Positions 26,451 through 32,085 of a DNA stretch of 32,085 nt are shown here, in pieces (position 1 is the first letter of the stretch; each line of letters begins with the position of its first letter). The notes beneath the pieces were generated by a model that saw nothing but the letters and a program-made list of their open reading frames with translations, ran no database searches and was not told the DNA's origin. The position numbers were made by a program, and so were the translations under genes. The stretch lies in NCBI GenBank assembly GCA_035289485.1, contig DATDXA010000022.1, forward strand, positions 1 to 32,085, written 5' to 3'. The DNA is from an archaeon. GTDB lineage: Archaea; Iainarchaeota; Iainarchaeia; Iainarchaeales; Iainarchaeaceae.

Positions 26451-26498
26451 TTGCCTATGACAATGAGAACCCCGATATGTAGGGGCTCGAGGAGGTGA
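26451..26498 (+). promoter_or_regulatory. Tandem kink-turn in the rpl7ae 5' UTR (putative L7Ae autoregulatory site)
   Basis: Two 3-nt bulges (UAU, AAU), each followed by tandem G-A/A-G pairs; closed by CCCC/GGGG; the 3' strand contains the SD GGAGGUGA. Confidence 0.8.
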
Positions 26499-26503
26499 GT
26501 TCA

Positions 26504-26869
26504 ATGGCAGAATTCGTAAAATTTAGTGTACCAGAAGAGCTAAGGGCTAGGCAAGCAGGTTTGCTTGAGAAGATAAAGAAAAGCGGCAAGGTAAAAATCG
26601 GCGCAAATGAAGCCACCAAGGCCGCAGAAAGAGGAGTTGCAAAGCTTGTCGTGATAGCAGAAGATGTTACGCCGCCAGAGATTGTAATGCATCTCCCGCT
26701 GATTTGCAAGGAAAAAAACATACCATACAGCTACGTCTCAACAAAGAAAGGACTGGGACAGTATGTGGGAGTTGAGGTCGGCACCGCGGCAATAGCGGTA
26801 CTTGACGAGGGCGACACCAAAAAGGAGTTCTCGGAGTTCACAAAAAAGCTGCAGGAAGCGGCGAAGTGA
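26504..26869 (+). CDS. rpl7ae: 50S ribosomal protein eL8 (L7Ae)
   Basis: GKVKIGANEATKAAERG, IAEDVTPPEIVMHLP, CKEKNIPY. Confidence 0.98.
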   Translation: MAEFVKFSVPEELRARQAGLLEKIKKSGKVKIGANEATKAAERGVAKLVVIAEDVTPPEIVMHLPLICKEKNIPYSYVSTKKGLGQYVGVEVGTAAIAVLDEGDTKKEFSEFTKKLQEAAK

Positions 26870-26881
26870 AGGTGATTCTTG

Positions 26882-27085
26882 ATGGATAGAGGAACACCAG
26901 CTGAAGTTGTTGAAATACTCGGAAGAACAGGAGTGTACGGAGAAATAGTGCAGGCCCTTTGCAAAATCCTCGAAGGCCCCGAAGCCGGGCGCGTAAAGAG
27001 GCGCAATATAAAGGGCAACTGCAAAAAGGGCGATGTGATAATCCTGCTCTCAACAGAAAGAGAAGCAAAGGAAATCAAGGCGTAA
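26882..27085 (+). CDS. rps28e: 30S ribosomal protein eS28
   Basis: PAEVVEILGRTGVYGE, RRNIKG, GDVIILLSTEREA. Confidence 0.97.
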   Translation: MDRGTPAEVVEILGRTGVYGEIVQALCKILEGPEAGRVKRRNIKGNCKKGDVIILLSTEREAKEIKA

Positions 27086-27097
27086 TGGGTGATATGA

Positions 27098-27355
27098 ATG
27101 CCTACAGATTCGTTTACCGGAAAGGAAATCCCCAAGGGAAGGGGAATGATGTATGTGAAGAAGGACGGGACCGTGTACTGGTTTGCGGACAAGAAGTCTG
27201 AGAAGAATTTTTTGAACATGCACAGGACTCCTAGCGAAACCAAGTGGACCAACTTCTACCACAGGGAAAAGGAAATAAAGCTCAAGTCAAAGGCAGGGCA
27301 GGCGGCAAAGAAGGCCGCAAGGGAGAACAAGGCGGAGAAAAAAGGAGGCGCGTAA
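27098..27355 (+). CDS. rpl24e: 50S ribosomal protein eL24 (Cys-free variant)
   Basis: SFTGKEIPKGRGMMYVKKDGTVYWF, KWT; follows eS28. Confidence 0.95.
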   Translation: MPTDSFTGKEIPKGRGMMYVKKDGTVYWFADKKSEKNFLNMHRTPSETKWTNFYHREKEIKLKSKAGQAAKKAARENKAEKKGGA

Positions 27356-27356
27356 C

Positions 27357-27446
27357 ATGAAAAATGGTTGCGAACGAAGTGAGCAAGTTCCATCGAGCCC
27401 GCAAGGGGCGAAGATGGAACACCTTGCCAGCGGAGGTGACCGCTGA
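27357..27446 (+). other. Palindromic element spanned by a 29-aa mini-ORF
   Basis: Hairpin gttccatc-GA-gccc-gcaag-gggc-GAA-gatggaac (27387-27420). ORF MKNGCERSEQVPSSPQGAKMEHLASGGDR*, ggagg upstream, stop overlaps the ndk ATG (TGATG). Confidence 0.65.
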
Positions 27447-27910
27447 TGGAGAGAACTCTTGTAATAATCAAGCCAGACGGCATAAACAGATCGCTTGCCG
27501 GTGAAGTCATCAGCAGGTTTGAGAAGAAAGGCATAAAGATAATCGGAATGAAAATGGTGCATCTCTCAGACAAGATATTAGAGGAACACTATGCTCATCT
27601 GGCCTCAAAGCCATTCTTCAAGGGAATAAAAGAATTCATGAAGAAGGCTCCGAGCATTGTAATGGTGCTTGAAGGGCGCAAGGTAGTTGACGTTGTAAGA
27701 AAACTCGCAGGCGTAACTGAAGGAACTGAAGCGCTGCCAGGAACAATAAGGGGCGATTTTTCTCTTAGCATTCAGAACACAATCATACACGCCTCGGATA
27801 GTTTAGATGCGGCCGGCAAGGAAATTAAGAGATTTTTCAAATCAGATGAGCTGCACGACTATACAAGGGTTGATTCGGAGATGGTTTACTCCGATAGCGA
27901 GAAGAAGTGA
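27446..27910 (+). CDS. ndk: Nucleoside diphosphate kinase
   Basis: ERTLVIIKPDG, EHYAHL, PGTIRGDF, IIHASDS catalytic His. Confidence 0.98.
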   Translation: MERTLVIIKPDGINRSLAGEVISRFEKKGIKIIGMKMVHLSDKILEEHYAHLASKPFFKGIKEFMKKAPSIVMVLEGRKVVDVVRKLAGVTEGTEALPGTIRGDFSLSIQNTIIHASDSLDAAGKEIKRFFKSDELHDYTRVDSEMVYSDSEKK

Positions 27911-27916
27911 AAGCAC

Positions 27917-28015
27917 ATGCCGACGATAATTGCTATGCCGAGTGCGAAGTCAGGCCTACCGAGCCCAAGCGAGGTAGTCCGCTCCCTCAGGGCGAGCAGG
28001 TCGGGGGTGCTGTGA
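27917..28015 (+). other. GC-rich palindromic spacer spanned by a 32-aa mini-ORF
   Basis: ctacc-GA-gc-ccaa-gc-GA-ggtag (27956-27977). ORF MPTIIAMPSAKSGLPSPSEVVRSLRASRSGVL* ends directly before the dut ATG. Confidence 0.55.
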
Positions 28016-28444
28016 ATGAATGTTGAGGTCAGGCGCATTGTCCCGCAAGCGAGGCTGCCAAAGCTAGAGCACGAGGGCGATGCAGGCTTTGACCTCTACA
28101 GCATTGAAGATGCAATCCTTAAGCCGCTTGAGCGAAAGCTTGTGCGAACAGGCATTAGCATCGCACTAGAGCACGGCTTTGAAGCGCAGGTGCGCCCAAA
28201 AAGCGGGCTTGCAATTGAGCACGGAATTACAATGTTAAATAGCCCGGGAACAATTGACGCCGGCTATCGCGGGGAGATAAAAGTTATTGTAATAAATCTC
28301 GGGAACAAGGAATATAAAATCGAGGCCGGAAAAAAAATCTGCCAGCTTGTGTTCAATAAAATTGAGACCGCGCAAATTGTTGAAGTGCAAGAGCTCAGAG
28401 ATAGCAAAAGAGGGGAGGGCGGATTTGGCTCTACGGGGCTTTAA
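28016..28444 (+). CDS. dut: dUTP diphosphatase (trimeric dUTPase)
   Basis: DAGFDL, RPKSGLA, GTIDAGYRGEI, ICQLV, RGEGGFGSTG. Confidence 0.97.
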   Translation: MNVEVRRIVPQARLPKLEHEGDAGFDLYSIEDAILKPLERKLVRTGISIALEHGFEAQVRPKSGLAIEHGITMLNSPGTIDAGYRGEIKVIVINLGNKEYKIEAGKKICQLVFNKIETAQIVEVQELRDSKRGEGGFGSTGL

Positions 28445-28453
28445 GTGATTTTT

Positions 28454-30208
28454 ATGAGTGCTATCAGAAAACCAATTATCACTGTGCTTGGGCATGTCGA
28501 TGCCGGAAAAACAAGAATGCTTGATTCTATACGCGGCACCACGGTTTCTGATAAGGAAGCAGGAGGGATTACCCAGCACATCGGCGCAACTGAAGTTCCG
28601 GCGAGCATCATTAAGAGCCTTTCAAAAAACATCGTTGAAAAATACAAATTTTCAATTGAAATTCCGGGGCTTCTTTTCATTGATACGCCCGGCCATGAGG
28701 CCTTTACAAACCTTCGCAAAAGGGGCGGGAGCATAGCTGATCTTGCCGTGCTTGTTGTTGATTTGCACAAAGGGCTTGAAGAGCAGACGCGCGAGGCCAT
28801 TGAAATACTAAAAAGCTACAAGTGCCCGTTCATTGTCGCGGCAAATAAGGTGGATATGATAAGGGGCTGGGTCGTTGAAGAGGGCAGCATTTCTGAGAGC
28901 ATGCCAAGGCAGAGAGATGATGTAATGGAAATTCTCGACACAAAAATTTACACGCTTATCGGGCAGCTGCATGAAGCGGGGTTCCCAAGCGAGAGATTTG
29001 ACCGCGTGAAGGATTTCACAAAAGAGGTCGCGATTATTCCGACATCTGCAAAGATGCGCATTGGAATGCCCGAGCTTTTGATGTTTCTTGCGGCGCTTTC
29101 GCAAAAATACCTCGACAAAAAGCTGGTGCTTCATGAGAATGGAAAGTGCAAGGGCACGGTTCTTGAGGTGCGCGAGGAGCGCGGCCTTGGCAAAACAATC
29201 GATGTCATACTCTATGACGGGATGCTGCGCGTTGGCGAGGAAATTGTTGTGGGCGGCATGAACGGCATCATCAAAACCAAGGTGCGCGCGCTCTTAGAGC
29301 CAAAGCCAATGGGAGTTTCTGGCGCTACTGGCGAGAAATTTACCGGTGTTCAGGAAGTTCACGCCGCTGCGGGAGTGAAAATCGCGGCTCCCGGGCTTGA
29401 TGAGGCGCTTAGCGGCTCGCCAGTGAGGCACTGGTCAGAAGTTGCGGAGAAGGAAATTTCCGAGGAAATTCACAGAATAAAGATTGATTCTGATTCGGTC
29501 GGGCCGATTGTTAGGAGCAACACTCTTGGAAGCCTTGAAGCGGTTGTGAAACTTTTGCAGGACAAGGGAATAAAAGTTAAGAAGGCGGATGTTGGGGAGA
29601 TTGCGCGCAAGGATGTTTTGGAGATTGAATCGGTTTCGCAAAAGGACAAATTCAAGGGAGTGATTTTCGCATTCCACACGAAAGTGAGCGATGGGGCAGA
29701 GCTTGAAGCAAAGAAGAGAAATGTGAAGATTTTTGTAAATGATGTGGTTTACAGGCTGCTTGAGGATTATGACAAGTGGATAAAAGAGGAAAAGGACAAG
29801 GAGAAAAAAGAGAAGCTCTCCTCAGTTGTTCTTCCGGCAAAGTTCCAGATCCTGCAAGGCCTTGTGTTCAGGCACAGCGGGCCTGCAATTGTGGGTGTTC
29901 GCGTGCTTGAAGGAAAAATCCGCAAGGGAATCAGGGTCATGAACGCCGAAGGGGAAATAGTTGGAAGGGTTCTTGGATTGCAAAATGAGGGCAAGCCGAT
30001 TGAAGAGGCATCTAAGGGGATGGAGATTGCGGTTTCAATTGAGGACGCGGTTGTTGGAAGGTCGGTATTCGAAAAGGATGAACTTTACAGCTACATTCCA
30101 AGCGGGCATTTCCATGAGCTTGAAACTCTTGGAGATTCCCTGTCAAGTGAGGAGATGGAGCTTGTAGAAGAGATAAAGAAAATGGAAAATACAGAGGCTG
30201 AAGCTTAA
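28454..30208 (+). CDS. infB: Translation initiation factor aIF5B (IF-2)
   Basis: IRKPIITVLGHVDAGKT, EAGGITQHIGAT, DTPGHEAFTNLRKRGG, ANKVD. Confidence 0.98.
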   Translation: MSAIRKPIITVLGHVDAGKTRMLDSIRGTTVSDKEAGGITQHIGATEVPASIIKSLSKNIVEKYKFSIEIPGLLFIDTPGHEAFTNLRKRGGSIADLAVLVVDLHKGLEEQTREAIEILKSYKCPFIVAANKVDMIRGWVVEEGSISESMPRQRDDVMEILDTKIYTLIGQLHEAGFPSERFDRVKDFTKEVAIIPTSAKMRIGMPELLMFLAALSQKYLDKKLVLHENGKCKGTVLEVREERGLGKTIDVILYDGMLRVGEEIVVGGMNGIIKTKVRALLEPKPMGVSGATGEKFTGVQEVHAAAGVKIAAPGLDEALSGSPVRHWSEVAEKEISEEIHRIKIDSDSVGPIVRSNTLGSLEAVVKLLQDKGIKVKKADVGEIARKDVLEIESVSQKDKFKGVIFAFHTKVSDGAELEAKKRNVKIFVNDVVYRLLEDYDKWIKEEKDKEKKEKLSSVVLPAKFQILQGLVFRHSGPAIVGVRVLEGKIRKGIRVMNAEGEIVGRVLGLQNEGKPIEEASKGMEIAVSIEDAVVGRSVFEKDELYSYIPSGHFHELETLGDSLSSEEMELVEEIKKMENTEAEA

Positions 30209-30232
30209 GTTTGTTTTTAGGAGGAATCAGAA

Positions 30233-30691
30233 ATGAACATAGTGGTGTCAGACCCAAAAACCAGGAAAGCATATTCCAAAAAAATCGACAATCCCGCGAT
30301 TTTTGTCGGCAAAAAAATAGGGGAGAGCGTGGAGCTTGGCCTTATGGGCCTTGATGGCTACACGGCAAAGATAACAGGCGGCTCGGACAAGGAAGGCTTC
30401 CCAATGAAGCCTGATATGGCAGGGAGCAACCGCAAGGAAATATACGTAGTAGTCGATGCAAAGAAGGGAATTAGGCAAAAAATCAGGCGCAGGGGAAACC
30501 TTGTAACGGGTGAGATCTCCCAGCTGAACCTGAAAATAACAAAGGATGGCGCAAAGCCCCTTGCAGATGTTCTTGGCGGAGAGAAGAAAGAGGAAAAGAC
30601 CTCTGTGAAAGACCAGATGGTCAAGGAATCACTTGAGAATGTAGGAAAGATTTCAGCAGAAGAAGCAAAGCTCATAAAGAAGGCGAAGTAA
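30233..30691 (+). CDS. rps6e: 30S ribosomal protein eS6
   Basis: IVVSDPKT, GKKIGE, KITGGSDKEGFPM, RGNLVTGEISQLNLKI. Confidence 0.97.
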   Translation: MNIVVSDPKTRKAYSKKIDNPAIFVGKKIGESVELGLMGLDGYTAKITGGSDKEGFPMKPDMAGSNRKEIYVVVDAKKGIRQKIRRRGNLVTGEISQLNLKITKDGAKPLADVLGGEKKEEKTSVKDQMVKESLENVGKISAEEAKLIKKAK

Positions 30692-30752
30692 GCAGTCAGA
30701 AAATAAAAAATCAGTTACGCCTGAATTAGAGCGTGTGAGTTGTGTGAAAAAA

Positions 30753-32048
30753 ATGGTAAATGAAACAAAGCAGGAAGCCAAAGTTTCTGGCAAGGATAAG
30801 GCAAAGCACAGCTCGCCGGCTAAAGAGCACAAAAAAGATGCGCCGCACGCAAAAGTTGCGGGGCAGCAGGCAGTTGTAAATATCGGAATGATCGGGCATG
30901 TCGACCATGGCAAGACCTCGCTTGTCAAGGCTTTGACTGGAAAATGGGCTGACACCCACAGCGAGGAAATAAAGCAGGGAATTTCAATAAGGCTTGGGTA
31001 TGCCGATGTGACATTCTACCGCTGCGACAAGGCAGCGGGCGCAGAAGGGCTAAATGCCACCGGAAAATGCGCCCCTGGAATGGGAGAGGCAACTCCGATA
31101 CGCAGGGTTTCATTTATCGACGCTCCGGGGCACGAGACATTGATGGCAACAATGCTCTCAGGCGCGGCGCTAATGGACGGCGCGGTGCTCGTAATTGCTG
31201 CAAATGAAAAGTGCCCGCAGCCAAGCACGGCAGAGCATTTGATGGCTCTTAGCATTGGCGGAGTGAAAAATGTTGTTGTTGCGCAAAATAAAATTGATTT
31301 GGTGGACACGGCAAGGGCAAAGGAGAGTTTTACAGAGATTGCAGCGTTTCTAAAGCAGTACGGCTATGAGAGCGCGCCAGTGATACCGATTGCTGCAAAT
31401 TTAGGAATGAATCTGGATTTGCTGATTGAAGCAATTGAGGCGACGATTCCAACTCCCAAGCACGAATCAAAGGATTTGCGCATGTTTGTTGTGAGAAGCT
31501 TTGATGTGAATAAGCCCGGCGCAAAGCCCGCGGATATTAAGGGAGGAATAATTGGCGGAAGCATTGTTAGCGGCACTCTAAAAATCGGCGACAAGATTGA
31601 AATCAACCCGGGGATAAATGGAAAGCCGGTTGAAACAACTGTGCTAAGCCTCGGAGTTGAGAGCGGAAGGCTTGAGGATGCGCGCGCCGGAGGCTTGATC
31701 GCGGTTGGAACAACACTCGACCCATTTTTTACAAAGAATGATGAGATGCGAGGGCAGGTTGTTGGAAAGGTTGGCTCTCTTCCACGGCCAGAAACTCTTG
31801 TGAAACTTGAAGTGACACCGATTGAGAGATTGATTGACAAGAAAAGCGGCGAACTAAAGGTGAATGATTTTGTTGTGCTCGCGATTGCGACTTCAACCGT
31901 TGTCGGGCAGGTTGTGCGAATGGCGGGCAAAGGGGAATTTGAAATAAGCCTGCGAAGCCCGGTAACAATTGAGAAGGGACAGAAGGTTGCGATAAGCAAA
32001 AGGGAGCAGAGCGGCTGGAGACTGAGGGCGTATGGCGTTTGCAAGTGA
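30753..32048 (+). CDS. eif2g: Translation initiation factor aIF2 subunit gamma
   Basis: VNIGMIGHVDHGKT, DTHSEEIKQGISIRLGY, DAPGHETLMATMLSGAALMD, QNKID, RSFDVNKPG, WRLRAYG. Confidence 0.98.
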   Translation: MVNETKQEAKVSGKDKAKHSSPAKEHKKDAPHAKVAGQQAVVNIGMIGHVDHGKTSLVKALTGKWADTHSEEIKQGISIRLGYADVTFYRCDKAAGAEGLNATGKCAPGMGEATPIRRVSFIDAPGHETLMATMLSGAALMDGAVLVIAANEKCPQPSTAEHLMALSIGGVKNVVVAQNKIDLVDTARAKESFTEIAAFLKQYGYESAPVIPIAANLGMNLDLLIEAIEATIPTPKHESKDLRMFVVRSFDVNKPGAKPADIKGGIIGGSIVSGTLKIGDKIEINPGINGKPVETTVLSLGVESGRLEDARAGGLIAVGTTLDPFFTKNDEMRGQVVGKVGSLPRPETLVKLEVTPIERLIDKKSGELKVNDFVVLAIATSTVVGQVVRMAGKGEFEISLRSPVTIEKGQKVAISKREQSGWRLRAYGVCK

Positions 32049-32057
32049 TGCGAGAGC

Positions 32058-32085
32058 GCGGCTGCATGCGAGCGTAGCGAGCCGC
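32058..32085. repeat. Probable further palindromic element at the window edge
   Basis: gcggct/agccgc stem enclosing GAGC-GTA-GCGA. Confidence 0.45.

Noticed and set aside
7609..27420. GA/GAA hairpins as archaeal SECIS elements or k-turns
   Set aside because: GAA is on the 3' side, opposite to the methanogen SECIS arrangement, and there is no selenoprotein candidate. In the k-turn register the non-canonical helix does not pair.
174..32067. Numerous minus-strand and alternative-frame ORFs in the ORF track
   Set aside because: They overlap well-supported + strand genes. The F/S/L-rich translations are antisense shadows of K/E-rich codons, with no recognisable motifs.
1..32085. CRISPR array, IS/transposase, integrase, rRNA
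   Set aside because: No regularly spaced repeats, recombinase or transposase ORFs, or rRNA-like sequence were seen.

Overview
Archaeal core-translation region, about 32 kb, with essentially all real genes on the + strand. It holds the 3' part of a membrane-anchored surface protein and a fused S10-spc-alpha-L18e ribosomal superoperon (uL3 to uS2, with aIF1/SUI1, Rpp29, SecY, a DUF106/EMC3-like gene, Rpo3, tRNA-Leu(TAA) and Rpo10). Downstream are a TrmB regulator, two small hypothetical genes, GluRS, an RHH/RelE-type toxin-antitoxin pair, and the L7Ae-eS28-eL24-ndk-dut-aIF5B-eS6-aIF2gamma cluster. Missing adk/cmk/rpoK at their usual positions and many low-complexity protein tails suggest a DPANN-type archaeon (inference only). 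Most notable: (1) uL23 and eL32 share a 53-aa N-terminal module (45/53 identical, 10 synonymous differences). (2) A family of short palindromic elements sits in operon spacers, each spanned by a ~30-codon mini-ORF linking the upstream stop to the downstream start, and one copy is in-frame inside uS17. (3) A tandem kink-turn buries the L7Ae Shine-Dalgarno sequence. All calls come from reading the sequence; no database searches were run.
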